Shown here piece by piece: positions 1 through 13,262 of a stretch of DNA of 64,000 nt. Made by a program: the position numbers and the translations under genes. Each line of letters starts with the position of its first letter. Within the stretch, counting starts at the first letter, position 1. Under the pieces are notes generated by a model that saw only the letters and a program-made list of their open reading frames with translations, did no database searches and was not told where the DNA came from. This stretch comes from Nemertoderma westbladi (taxonomy: Eukaryota; Animalia; Xenacoelomorpha), in NCBI GenBank assembly GCA_032718475.1, contig JAUCBJ010007177.1:1-64000 (forward strand). The letters are read 5' to 3'.

Positions 1-917
1 ATTTTGTTTTATTTAATTCATTATTTAATTATTCATGGCAACAGAAATGGTAAAAAATGTACAATATTATATCCGGGCAACCTGATTTTTAATATTCTAT
101 CTTATAAACATTTTTCGAACCCACTCCCTACATTGATGAAATTTTCTTGTTTTACAAATAAAATATTAATTTAGTCAAATGACGAAAAAATTTGAAATGA
201 CGTCCAAGTCTTATAATGTCGCAGTTTATAAGATTACAGTGCAATTTTTAAAATCCGAGCCGAGCGTCAGTCAGGTTTGTGACGAGAAGGTAAACTTGTA
301 GTAAATTAATTTATTTCCGATAAAATTTTGCAATAAACAAGCCAGCTAAAATTTATTGGGGAACTTTATATCACTTTATTTTATACTCTGAAATATTAGT
401 ATGATAAAATTAATTTATAATTGATTACTGTACTGGATGGTTTACTGACATAATTCCATCATATAATCAACATTGTTCTGGTGCAACTATTCATCGGATA
501 TTCAATTCAACAAACTTCACTAATTAACTTCGCAATCCCGTTTGAATTTTTTCGTAGACATACACATTACACACAATATATTCGACTGTGTATACAGTTA
601 GCGAGAAAAAATATAAATTTATGTAATGAAATTGTGTTATGCATATACATGCGTGTGCTTTTATTTATTTATATTACGACTTTATCTATCGGGGAAAATA
701 AATCTTTCACATTATATACACGTTATATTTCATTTTCATATTACAGTGTTTTTGTTCCGCTATAACTGCCTGCAGAAAAAATATTCACTGCTCAAAACGA
801 AATATTGTTATAGCGGTATTATTATGGTTATTATGGTATTACTACTTTTTATTTTTATAGCTGTCCTATACTACCTTTTGTCCTTTATCTCAAGTACCTT
901 TCTCGACATGCATATCT

Positions 918-3290
918 CTGTTGTATCTCACTCTCATATCTCGATTATGAGTCTTTGAGCCCGGTTGTATCTCACTCTCATATCTCGATTATGAGTCTTT
1001 AAGCCCGGTTGTGTCTCACTCTCATATCTCGATTATGAGTCTTTGGGCCCGGTGTGTCTCACTCTCATATCTCGATTATGAGTCTTTGAGCCCGGTTGTG
1101 TCTCACTCTCATATCTCGATTATGAGTCTTTAAGCCCGGTTGTGTCTCACTATCATATCTCGATTATGAGTCTTTGAGCCCGGTTGTGTCTCACTCTCAT
1201 ATCTCGATTATGACTCTTTGAGCCCGGTTGTGTCTCACTATCATATCTCGATTATGAGTCTTTGAGCCCGGTTGTGTCTCACTCTCATATCTCGATTATG
1301 AGTCTTTGAGCCCGGTTGTATCTCACTCTCATATCTCGATTATGAGTCTTTGAGCCCGGTTGTGTCTCACTATCATATCTCGATTATGAGTCTTTGAGCC
1401 CGGTTGTGTCTCACTCTCATATCTCGATTATGAGTCTTTGAGCCCGGTTGTATCTCACTCTCATATCTCGATTATGAGTCTTTAAGCCCGGTTGTGTCTC
1501 ACTCTCATATCTCGATTATGAGTCTTTGAGCCCGGTGTGTCTCACTCTCATATCTCGATTATGAGTCTTTGAGCCCGGTTGTGTCTCACTCTCATATCTC
1601 GATTATGAGTCTTTGAGCCCGGTTGTGTCTCACTCTCATATCTCGATTATGAGTCTTTGACCCCGGTTGTGTCTCACTATCATATCTCGATTATGAGTCT
1701 TTGAGCCCGGTTGTGTCTCACTATCATATCTCGATTATGAGTCTTTGAGCCCGGTTGTGTCTCACTCTCATATCTCGATTATGACTCTTTGAGCCCGGTT
1801 GTGTCTCACTCTCATATCTCGATTATGACTCTTTGAGCCCGGTTGTGTCTCACTCTCATATCTCGATTATGAGTCTTTGAGCCCGGTGTGTCTCACTCTC
1901 ATATCTCGATTATGAGTCTTTGAGCCCGGTTGTATCTCACTCTCATATCTCGATTATGAGTCTTTAAGCCCGGTTGTGTCTCACTCTCATATCTCGATTA
2001 TGAGTCTTTGAGCCCGGTGTGTCTCACTCTCATATCTCGATTATGAGTCTTTGAGCCCGGTTGTCTCACTCTCATATCTTGATTATGAGTCTTTGAGCCC
2101 GGTTGTGTCTCACTCTCATATCTCGATTATGAGTCTTTGACCCCGGTTGTGTCTCACTATCATATCTCGATTATGAGTCTTTGAGCCCGGTTGTGTCTCA
2201 CTATCATATCTCGATTATGAGTCTTTGAGCACGGTTGTGTCTCACTCTCATATCTCGATTATGACTCTTTGAGCCCGGTTGTGTCTCACTCTCATATCTC
2301 GATTATGACTCTTTGAGCCCGGTTGTGTCTCACTCTCATATCTCGATTATGAGTCTTTGAGCCCGGTGTGTCTCACTCTCATATCTCGATTATGAGTCTT
2401 TGAGCCCGGTTGTCTCACTCTCATATCTCGATTATGAGTCTTTGAGCCCGGTTGTGTCTCACTCTCATATCTCGATTATGAGTCTTTGACCCCGGTTGTG
2501 TCTCACTATCATATCTCGATTATGAGTCTTTGAGCCCGGTTGTGTCTCACTATCATATCTCGATTATGAGTCTTTGAGCCCGGTTGTGTCTCACTCTCAT
2601 ATCTCGATTATGACTCTTTGAGCCCGGTTGTGTCTCACTCTCATATCTCGATTATGACTCTTTGAGCCCGGTTGTGTCTCACTCTCATATCTCGATTATG
2701 AGTCTTTGAGCCCGGTTGTGTCTCACATGATTATGTGTTCCCGCCTGTCGGGTGAACCCGGTTGTGTCTCGCATGATTGAGTCTTTGAGCCCGGTTGTGT
2801 CTCACTCTCATATCTCGATTATGAGTCTTTGAGCCCGGTTGTGTCTCACTCTCATATCTCGATTATGAGTCTTTGACCCCGGTTGTGTCTCACTATCATA
2901 TCTCGATTATGAGTCTTTGAGCCCGGTTGTGTCTCACTATCATATCTCGATTATGAGTCTTTGAGCCCGGTTGTGTCTCACTCTCATATCTCGATTATGA
3001 CTCTTTGAGCCCGGTTGTGTCTCACTCTCATATCTCGATTATGACTCTTTGAGCCCGGTTGTGTCTCACTCTCATATCTCGATTATGAGTCTTTGAGCCC
3101 GGTTGTGTCTCACATGATTATGTGTTCCCGCCTGTCGGGTGAACCCGGTTGTGTCTCGCATGATTGAGTCTTTGAGCCCGGTTGTGTCTTACATGATTAT
3201 GTGTTCCCGCCTGTCTGGTGAGCCCGGTTGTGTCTCACATGATTATGAGTCTTTGAGCCCGGTTGTGTCTCACATGGTTCCCGCCTGTCT
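918..3290. repeat. 44-bp tandem array (GAGCCCGGTTGTGTCTCACTCTCATATCTCGATTATGAGTCTTT), ~53 copies
   Basis: Period read directly (ccggtt at 961 and 1005). A variant block CACATGATTATGTGTTCCCGCCTGTC recurs at ~2724, ~3111 and ~3191. Confidence 0.97.
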
Positions 3291-5199
3291 GGATTAGGTC
3301 GTGAAGAGGATTCAACACAATATCGTGTTTCTATCCACTACAAGATGCTGACCAGAATTTGGCAAATGCAGCAAAAAATAAATAAAAATAGGGGTGTGCC
3401 GGATATTCCGCCGGATTTTGAGAAAAAAATCCGGTCCCGGTTCCGGCTCCTGCCGGATTCAATTTTTTGGCCTGATTTCCATTTCAACGAATTGTTGACA
3501 AAATTTACAACTAATGAATATTTTTAAATTCAAACAAATTTAAACATAAGCAAATGCAATGGAATACAATACAATTGTTTTCATAGTTTGTATCATATTC
3601 ATTCATATTATTATAAATATGATGTGTCTAAAGCATAGATATCATTTTATGACAATCTATATGCTGAGCTGAAACTAATTTTTGCCAAAAATATTTGTAT
3701 TTGGTTGGGTTCAGCTCAGCCTCACTAACACTTAATTACAGAAGACCGTTAGGTACTTCTTAATGTAAAAGTATTCACTATCTATCTATGTATATATGTC
3801 TATCGGGTGAACTCCTCCGAAGCTATACCTCGTCCTTCAATCGACGCAGCTCAACCCAGGATGTGGAAAAAAACTTTCGAGAAAAATTATTGAAGTGTCT
3901 TTTTTTATTTCGAAAAATAGCCCCATAACACGAAAATTGCCATCAACTCAACGATAGAAACACCAGCTGCTGGTACTCATGTGGGCCTAGTAAGCTACTA
4001 CTATTTATTGAATGGATAGGCCCAAACTGCACAGAAGTATATTACTTGCCAAATTTATTACTCTCTCACTCTATTCCAGACAGTAATCAAACATCAACTA
4101 TTAGTTTTTATAATGTATCACCCCGACAGCTGAATAGCTCTTCCCAGTGAATCCTATGGGCGTTTCGGCAAAAAGTTGCGTTTCGGAAATTCCTAGATGT
4201 TACTGTAGATCGGGGTTAAATTCAATAATTAAAATTGTAGTGGTTTTTTTTATGTCAATTATGCAAGTTAGGTGGTATTATAAATATACTAATATTATTT
4301 TATTTATTTGTATGGAATTAATTTCGCACTATTGTTGCCAGTTGCCACTTAAATATTTTCCAAGATTCAGCTTAAACAGATTAAGGTCAAGGAAATTGGG
4401 GAGGTTAGCACTTACATACTTAGGATGTGTTCTATCATATCTGACTAGCTTCAGCTTGCGGAATGGGGCAAATATTTTTTATATTTTAATTAATCTGATT
4501 TGATTGATTAATATATTTTTTCGTAATTTAATTAACCTTTCTAAACAGATTACAACAATTAAAGTAAATAAATATATATTTCATTGTCATTCGTTTTTTA
4601 ATAAATGCTTATAATAAGAATAAAGTAAAAGTATGCGTGGTGCACCCCTATAGTTACAAATAAACAATGAGTTACCTTTTACCTTTATTTATACGCAAAT
4701 CAATATCGGATATTATTCTAAGTAAAATATTATAAGATAGGAGGACTCTTCCATTATTGTTCACGCAAATAAAAAAAATATTTTTGACCATAGATACATA
4801 GGCCAATTGTAAGGTCCAATTATCATTTTCAGACCCAAGGGGCGAGTGGTCTACGAATGGGACGCTCTGATTAGCCGAAACTGAAACTCAATAAATCTCG
4901 ACTACTGTAGAATTAAACGAAACTCGTCCATACTCGCTAAGAACATCCCTCATTTTAGTTTCAACACCATAATATTAATATTATTATAACATTTGAATTT
5001 TACAATTTTTGTTGCTAATATAATTATTATTACAGAAAAGTAATACAAAGTAATACAGTACAGTAGTTAAACAGAAAGTTTAAACAATGCTGCGATAATG
5101 CAAGTTATCTATTAGCTTGTCCAAGCCTGCAAGTTAAATAAAATGACCTTGCCCAAAATGGACAAATTATTTATTAGCTTGCCAAAACTGGCAAGTTAA

Positions 5200-6557
5200 G
5201 GGGGGCACTCTGTAATTAAATTTTTTTTTTTAAGAATTTTGGTCATTTTTTTTATTTTTTGTTCTAAGCCGATTTTTAATGGAGATTCCAAATATGCAAA
5301 CGGTTTGACAGAGCGACTTTTAGTTTTCGAGATATATGGACTTTCGTACACCTTAATCTGGCACAAAAATATCCAAATTTTTCGTATTTTCACTCATAAG
5401 AAGTTTATTTTCGGTTTTCTGGTGTATCCAGTGTAATGTTGCTTAGCAACTGTATCTAAGCATCAGTGGCGGTAAATTTAAACGAGTATCTGTGAACATT
5501 AGTCCCTTTCCCTTGTACTGTCTGACTGTGAATTCGGCTCTAACGCAAATCTGTCCCTACCCACACTGCCGTACCGGTAGTGTGGGTTAATTTTTTTGGT
5601 TAGGGTCAACATAGTCAGAACCCCAACCTAACTGTAATCTAACCCTAACCCCAATATTAACCGTTTGCTCCCTAATCCTAGCAGGAACCGTCTGCCTAAC
5701 CCTAGCTCATGGTAGCTAGAACAGTCACAGCTGTTAGGTTAGCCTAGGATTCTGAAATTCTGATTACACGAATTACAAGATTGCAGTAGTATATGCCCAG
5801 AACGTAAATGTCAAAATCACTATGTCACAATGTCATAATCATTAATTAATATACATCGTATTTGGTGATCTTTACTTAAAACCGAAAATTCCGCATGTAG
5901 CACATGGAGCACTACATGTTAAAAAAAAAAAATTCGTAAATAGAGTTATTTTAACTGAAAATATTGCAAAACTAAGATATTTTTATCAAACTAATCTGCT
6001 TTCGAACTTTAAATTGGATTTATTCCTATTTCATTTTTTTGCACTTTTTTATATTTTAAAATGCTACTACTTGTAGGGAATTGGTCAAAACTGGCTGATT
6101 TTTGGCATGCGTGGTCTTGATGAAGTGTTTTAACTATGCAATTGACAAAATTTTGAAATTTTGATTTTAACCAAAGTTATAGTCAAAATTCGAAATTTTT
6201 TGTGACTTTTTCGAGTTTTTTAGTTATTTTTGGTGAAAAATTTCGAAAAAATGGAATAATTTTAAAAGTAAGACAGATGTTTAAATTCTGTCAATTGCAT
6301 CGTTTTATAACATTGTTCCGGACATTCGAACCAAATTTTGGACAATTTGAATCAAAATTGCGGTTCTAGAAGCCTTTTTTTAAAAATTTGAATAAATTAT
6401 GTTAATTAGCAAAATTAAAATTAAAAAAAATTTTTTTTGCGATTTTCAGTTTTTTGGATCTATATTACATAGGTTTGCCAAATATTACTATTTTTGAACA
6501 TAGTCCCGCGCCAAAATTAAGAAAATAAAAACGTCATTCAATTACAGAGTGCCCCCC
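5200..6557. mobile_element. TTAA-flanked MITE with GG...CC termini (Kolobok-type)
   Basis: TTAA-GGGGGGCACTCTGTAATT ... AATTACAGAGTGCCCCCC-TTAA, with an 18-bp perfect TIR. It interrupts a short ATTAGCTTGCC..AACTGGCAAGTTAA repeat. Confidence 0.85.
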
Positions 6558-7925
6558 TTAAATATATTAGCTTGCCCAAACTGGCAAGTTAATGTATATT
6601 AGCTTGCTCAAATTCACACGTACTGTAATGTATTTTATTCCAAAATTGTAACATTACTCAACGCCGTTAGTATTAGCAGCGAGTTGTTATTTAGTACTTT
6701 ACAACTTTACAGGACATTACAGCATTGTATTGGCCTGTATATTTAGTATTGTATTTGGTGTTATTGTTTACGTGGTAACCCATGACGGCGTTAAGTAATG
6801 TCCACAAAGGGGACATTACTTAACACCGTCATGGGTAACCACGTATACAATAGGTGGAAATTTGCCTGAAAGCTAGATAGGCCTACTGCATTACCTACCG
6901 GTAGGCGGGGTATAACCTTTAATAACCAGTAGGGCCTAGCTATATTATTATAACAGGCTCCAAACGCCACCATAAATATAAGCTAACTTATTTATAACAT
7001 AATTTATGTCATTTTTACATTTATTTATATAGCAACTAATATAATTTGTGCAGTTTCTATCACTTATAATGTATATGTACAATCATGTCGTAATGTTAAA
7101 ATTTTGGAATAAGATTTTAAATATGGAATTGAATATTGGAATAAGATTTTGGAAAAAAAACTACATACATACTTGTTGCAAAGTACTTTACAGTGTCCTG
7201 ATCCTCGTGGCTTCATTTTCACTCACTCACTAACGTTCGTTCGTGTAACAAGCCACTCGGATCATCACACTGTAAAGTGCTACTTTACACACAAGTATGT
7301 AAATAGTTATATTTGGTTTTGATTTATTATGTTCAATTGACCTTTGCTTGCAGTTTAATTTTAGTGCATTATTTAGGTTTTGAATTGAACTACCGTTAGG
7401 TGTTTTATGATTTATGTAACAATAAATGCAACAGGAAACTGCTATTTTACAAAATCTTTACGTTTTAGGAAAGCGGGCTCTTTTACTTTCCTGTAATGGG
7501 CCCAGGCGCGGTACTCTACTCCACCTGTACACAATATTTACATCACCATCTTTAATTGTACGAACCTGCCCAGAAAGCCTCTTACTTAGAACTTTCGGGC
7601 CTCACAAAAATTAATGATTAACACGACGACGTACAGTATACCTATACAACACTATTCCAGGGCAGGGTACAGTAGATTAACTTTTATTAGCATTTCAACT
7701 AACGAACGAAAGTGCTATTGTGTTGTATATTTATAATGTCCTGCTTGTTTCACTTTTCATTTTACTTGTATTGTTGATAGTATAGTGTATTCTCCTGCAA
7801 TAAAGAAATAATTTTGCCGAAACGCAACTTTTTTCCGAATCGCACCTTTTTGCCGAAACGCGACTTTTTTTTGCCGAAACGCATCTTTTTTTGCCAAAAC
7901 GAAACTTTTTTTACCGAAACGCGAC

Positions 7926-8256
7926 TACTACTACTATGATCGGCATGCTGCATTGCAGTTGCATTTTTAAGAATGCTGTGCCGGCTTGTCGACAAAATTG
8001 CGCCGCCACAATTCCCTATCACCCATGACATTTGCTACATCATCCGCATCTTCAACGCCAGTGTCCTTTAAGATGCGTCTCAAGAAAGACATGGGCTGTC
8101 CACCATGCTTATTCACTCCATGTGGCTGCCAAAGTACAAGATTATGCACTGGCTGGTCCTCACGGCGAAAGCAATGTCCTGCAAAGCGGAGGCGATTTTG
8201 TTCAAGTGTCAAGCTTGGGGGAACCAATGAGACACCTCCAATGTTATATAGTGACT
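7926..8256 (-). mobile_element. 5'-truncated RTE-clade LINE 3' end
   Basis: Translation RLRFAGHCFRREDQPV...W.P...LKDTG...DRELWR is the typical RTE ORF C-terminus. It has a (TAG)n tail and a candidate TSD AAACGCGAC at 7917-7925 and 8257-8265. Confidence 0.8.
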
Positions 8257-9111
8257 AAACGCGACGACAACTGTAGGGGCTAGGATTACTCTCATTCAAA
8301 CTGTAAGCAAAGCTATTCAATGCGGTGAGGGACCTACTACACTACGTTTGACTATGGACGGTCTTCTTATAGCCAGCTTGCTGGCTTTTCTAGTATATAA
8401 TAGTACACGTATGCCCATATATTAAATATAACTAGCCAATAATGATTATTATATTGTCCCAACGCATAAGATTAACCTTGCCACAGTGAATGACCAGTTC
8501 ATATATTCGACAGTTAATTTAGAAACTCTAGTAAATCCAATTTAAACTTAGAGAGTATAAAAAAACTACAGCTATTATTACTTCGTTCTATTTTTCCATT
8601 TGCATTTTATTTCATTTCATTTTCATATTTAACATTTATCAATATCAAATCAATCCATTATATCAAATTGGCGTAGATTATGGTGCAAATGGTTATGGTG
8701 ATGTATATTTAAAAAATCCGGCTTGGATTTTTTTTATTTGAAAATGGTCAATCCGGCACATCTCTAAATAAAAACCAATTATAATAATTCAATTGGTATT
8801 ATAATTATTAATTATAATAATTCAATATTAATTATATTAATAACTGCAAAATGCTTTCAAGTAGGCAGGTGTTCTGTTCATCCAATTGGTAACTAGGGGC
8901 AGCAGGTAACTAGGGGCAGCACATTCCTTCATAAATGTAAATATTTCTCATTGAGATTCCGTAATTTATTTTAATTTATTTTATTTTAATTTATGTTTTG
9001 AATTATTTTTAATTTATTAATAAATTTTTATTTTAATCTATTTATGTCCATATTATATTCTCTACACAGCAACACAAATTATAATGCTACATAGTACATG
9101 ATCCATATAGT

Positions 9112-9954
9112 CTACACTGCTACACAGATTATAATGCTACACTGTCCATACATGGTCCGGTTGGCGTCCATCCTTTCCATCTCCTCCTTTGCCCGACCTG
9201 CCTCTTTATTCTTCTCCACTACCTGAACGGCGGTCTCCAACTCCTCCGAACTCAGAGTACTCCAGAAGGAATCCCCATCCCTGAACTCTTTCTTAAGCGG
9301 CCCCTCAGGATCCCAATACATCCGGTCTAGGAGCACGCCCAACAACGGAGCGTACGCCTCCACCACCACAAACCCGGAATCTCTCAACCACACCCCGAGC
9401 TCTTCCATGCTCGCGTGACGTTGGGTCAGCCTACGTGTCGCTTCCGGTAGCAGTTTCGAAAACCAAATAGATTCTACAACCTGTTTTGGTGTCGAATGGT
9501 TGATGATAAAAACACCACCTTTCTTTGTGACGCGCCGAACTTCCTTAAAAGTTTCCCGAATAGCAGAGTATTTGTTTTCCCCTGCTGGCGGGTTCGATAG
9601 ATGATGCAGAACCTGGTTTATCATCACAGCATCGAAAAGCTCTTCCGCAAACACGATTTTAGGAAGTATTCCTTCCACCGTTTCTTGGATTCTGTTTCCG
9701 TAGGAACTGAGTTTCTCCTTGGCGACAGATAACATCCCTGGGCTGCCATCAAAGAGACTAACTTTACCAACGCCCAGGTCTAACAGCGCTTTGGAGTAGG
9801 ACCCAGTACCGCATCCCAGGTCTAACAGATGTATCTCCCCCAAGGGTTTATCTAGTAGCGAAATAAAGCTGCCGATATAGGCCTGTATACCAACTGGTTT
9901 GCGTGACTCATCGTATAGTTTACATATAGAATCATAATCGGCATAATTCGACAT
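9112..9954 (-). CDS. Class I SAM-dependent methyltransferase (Methyltransf_11/UbiE-like), 280 aa, single coding exon
   Basis: Motif I LLDLGCGTG, post-I LFDGSPGML and FDAVMINQVLHHL/KKGGVFII. Intact ORF. Candidate acceptor AG at 9973-9972 just upstream of the ATG. Confidence 0.92.
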   Translation of the reverse strand: MSNYADYDSICKLYDESRKPVGIQAYIGSFISLLDKPLGEIHLLDLGCGTGSYSKALLDLGVGKVSLFDGSPGMLSVAKEKLSSYGNRIQETVEGILPKIVFAEELFDAVMINQVLHHLSNPPAGENKYSAIRETFKEVRRVTKKGGVFIINHSTPKQVVESIWFSKLLPEATRRLTQRHASMEELGVWLRDSGFVVVEAYAPLLGVLLDRMYWDPEGPLKKEFRDGDSFWSTLSSEELETAVQVVEKNKEAGRAKEEMERMDANRTMYGQCSIIICVAV

Positions 9955-11469
9955 TGTGTAATATATTTACCCTACATAAAAGGACAGAGATAAAAAGTAT
10001 TCAAATATGAAAGAAACTTGTTGGTGACTTTATATTACAACCTAAATTTACTACCAGTACATTGATGGATAGTTAGAGACCTATAACAACTTGAAATAGT
10101 TACGATTCAATGTAGCACATTAATTAATTGCTAATATCGCAGCAATTAGGTATATAAGTTTATCTGATGCACATTATTTCTATAATCTAAGGTGAGGAAT
10201 GTAAAATACAAACTAATTATGACTAATATCAACTATATATCTAAATAATAATAATCTATATTATCAAATATAAATGTTAGTTTCTTAATTAATGATTTAT
10301 AAATTAAGTATCAGGTTTCATAGTCCTTGTCTCTCTTTAGGCCAGTACAAAAAAATCTTATTACTTTAATAAAGTCAGTCAGGGGAGAAACTTTACGGAA
10401 ATCCCAAATTATCAATCAATCAAATTAACAATGAGAGCTTATTACAGTGCAACAGTGGCACGTTATTCTAACCAAAACTATAAAGAAGAAAGTCAATAGA
10501 ACAAAAAGTTATAACAACTTTATTTCTGCGAGTAATCAAATGTTATTTGCGTCGAGTTTCGCTTTGGAGGGGTATGAATTTTGATTACGTCGAAATGTAC
10601 TTATAACTTAACACATTCTATTCTAACGGAGTTCACCGCGTCCCATGGAGTTTGATGAGGTTCAAGCCACGGATAGACTGACAGCGACCTATTGGACGCA
10701 GCTGCCCACTCGTGCGACATATCCCAGGCCATATGAGGCGATCCACATGATTGCTGGTACTCCAAGAGATTTCTTAAGGAAACTATGTGTGCATAGGATT
10801 AATTCCCTTTGGTAAATCTACCAAGGATATTGCGCGAGACAAACCACTCAATTTTAGCTATTCCCTAAATAGACTCCCATTTTATAGATAGTTCCAGAGA
10901 CCGAGTGGATACGGTGCCTGGACTGCTTTCATAAGTGTTTGGGGGAGGCCTATTGTAAATTACCTTTACAATTTATGGCAAATGAAAGAGAGAAATAAAA
11001 ACCTGCTCCAATCTGTTCCGACAATGCAAGCCAGCCTACATGCATATCATGTTATGTATTTTTTAACGGGTCCATAATTTTATGTTTCCAAATGTGCGAA
11101 TTCAAATATTCTGCCCAACAGCTCGAGTGTAGGATAGGTGCCTGAGTTGTACAAGAGATGGCATATTTCTACCAATTGCATTAGATAAAACCTTAACAAC
11201 TTCATATTAAATAATTGTACAGAACAGATTTATCAGAAAAGTTGTTAATTTACCTTCCAACAAAAAAAGACGAGAAAATATATAGTGATGACAACCAAAA
11301 CAATAATCCATTGGTTAATTGAAAAATAAATTCAAAAAATTAAGATAATATAATATAATAATAAATAAAGTTAATTAAAATCATTCACATAATTAGCACA
11401 AAGAGAGCTAAATAAAGATAAAGGACAAAATCGGAACATTCAAAGTCGGTCGATATTTATTAACCTTTA

Positions 11470-13262
11470 GAACCACCAAATCCCAGAGCCACTAGTTCCC
11501 AACCAGAACCAATAGTTCCCAACCAGAACCAATATAGTTCCCAACCAGAGCCACTAGTTCCCAACCAGAACCAATAGTTCCCAACCAGAGCCACTAGTTC
11601 CCAACCAGAACCAATAGTTCCCAACCAGAACCAATATAGTTCCCAACCAGAGCCACTAGTTCCCAACCAGAACCAATAGTTCCCAACCAGAACCAATAGT
11701 TCCCAACCAGAGCCACTAGTTCCCAACCAGAACCAATAGTTCCCAACCAGAACCAATATAGTTCCCAACCAGAGCCACTAGTTCCCAACCAGAACCAATA
11801 GTTCCCAACCAGAGCCACTAGTTCCCAACCAGAACCAATAGTTCCCAACCAGAGCCACTAGTTCCCAACCAGAGCCACTAGTTAAAAACCAGAGCTACTA
11901 GTTCCCAACCAGAGCCACTAGTTCCCAACCAGAGCCACTAGTTAAAAACCAGAGTTACTAGTTCCCAACCAGAACCAATATAGTTCCCAACCAGAGCCAC
12001 TAGTTCCCAACCAGAACCAATAGTTCCCAACCAGAACCAATATAGTTCCCAACCAGAGCCACTAGTTCCCAACCAGAACCAATAGTTCCCAACCAGAGCC
12101 ACTAGTTCCCAACCAGAACCAATAGTTCCCAACCAGAACCAATATAGTTCCCAACCAGAGCCACTAGTTCCCAACCAGAACCAATAGTTCCCAACCAGAG
12201 CCACTAGTTCCCAACCAGAACCAATAGTTCCCAACCAGAGCCACTAGTTCCCAACCAGAGCCACTAGTTAAAAACCAGAGCTACTAGTTCCCAACCAGAG
12301 CCACTAGTTCCCAACCAGAGCCACTAGTTAAAAACCAGAGCTACTAGTTCCCAACCAGAACCAATATAGTTCCCAACCAGAGCCACTAGTTCCCAACCAG
12401 AACCAATAGTTCCCAACCAGAACCAATATAGTTCCCAACCAGAGCCACTAGTTCCCAACCAGAACCAATAGTTCCCAACCAGAGCCACTAGTTCCCAACC
12501 AGAACCAATAGTTCCCAACCAGAGCCACTAGTTCCCAACCAGAACCAATATAGTTCCCAACCAGAGCCACTAGTTCCCAACCAGAACCAATAGTTCCCAA
12601 CCAGAGCCACTAGTTCCCAACCAGAACCAATAGTTCCCAACCAGAGCCACTAGTTCCCAACCAGAGCCACTAGTTAAAAACCAGAGCTACTAGTTCCCAA
12701 CCAGAGCCACTAGTTCCCAACCAGAGCCACTAGTTAAAAACCAGAGCTACTAGTTCCCAACCAGAACCAATATAGTTCCCAACCAGAGCCACTAGTTCCC
12801 AACCAGAACCAATAGTTCCCAACCAGAGCCACTAGTTCCCAACCAGAACCAGTAGTTCCCAACCAGAGCCACTAGTTCCCAACCAGAGCCACTAGTTAAA
12901 AACCAGAGCTACTAGTTCCCAACCAGAACCAATATAGTTCCCAACCAGAGCCACTAGTTCCCAACCAGAACCAATAGTTCCCAACCAGACCCACTAGTTC
13001 ACAACCAGAGCCACTAGTTCCAAACCAGAGCCACTAGTTCCCAACCAGAGCCACTAGTTCCAAACCAGAAGCAATAGTTCATAACCAAAACAATTAGTTC
13101 CCAACGAGAACCAATAGTTCATAACCAAAACAATTAGTTCCCAACCAGAACCAATAGTTCATAACCAAAACAATTAGTTCCCAACCAGAGCCACTAGTTC
13201 CCAACCAGAGCCATTAGTTCCCAACCAAAACCACTAGTTGCCAACCAGAACCAATAGTTCCC
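11470..13262. repeat. 20-bp tandem array (TAGTTCCCAACCAGAACCAA / TAGTTCCCAACCAGAGCCAC, with 22-bp variants), ~88 copies, overlapping the ZYG11 stop codon
   Basis: Seen directly. On the minus strand the unit matches the last codons of the CDS (ELLVLVGN*). Confidence 0.97.

Larger units (their letters stand above)
3389..8766. mobile_element. Non-autonomous hAT-like DNA transposon containing nested insertions
   Basis: TIRs TAGGGGTGTGCCGGAT (3389) and ATCCGGCACATCTCTA (ends 8766). Perfect 8-bp TSD AATAAAAA at 3381-3388 and 8767-8774; the TSD is low-complexity. Confidence 0.75.

Noticed and set aside
481-958. Hydrophobic short ORFs
   Set aside because: Low-complexity AT-rich sequence with no recognisable motif.
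5590-5710. Telomere-like TTAGGG/CCCTAA motifs
   Set aside because: A few scattered degenerate units inside a MITE, not a telomeric tract.
11460-12518. Trp/Gly-rich repetitive ORFs
   Set aside because: Translations of the 20-bp array with no true ATG.
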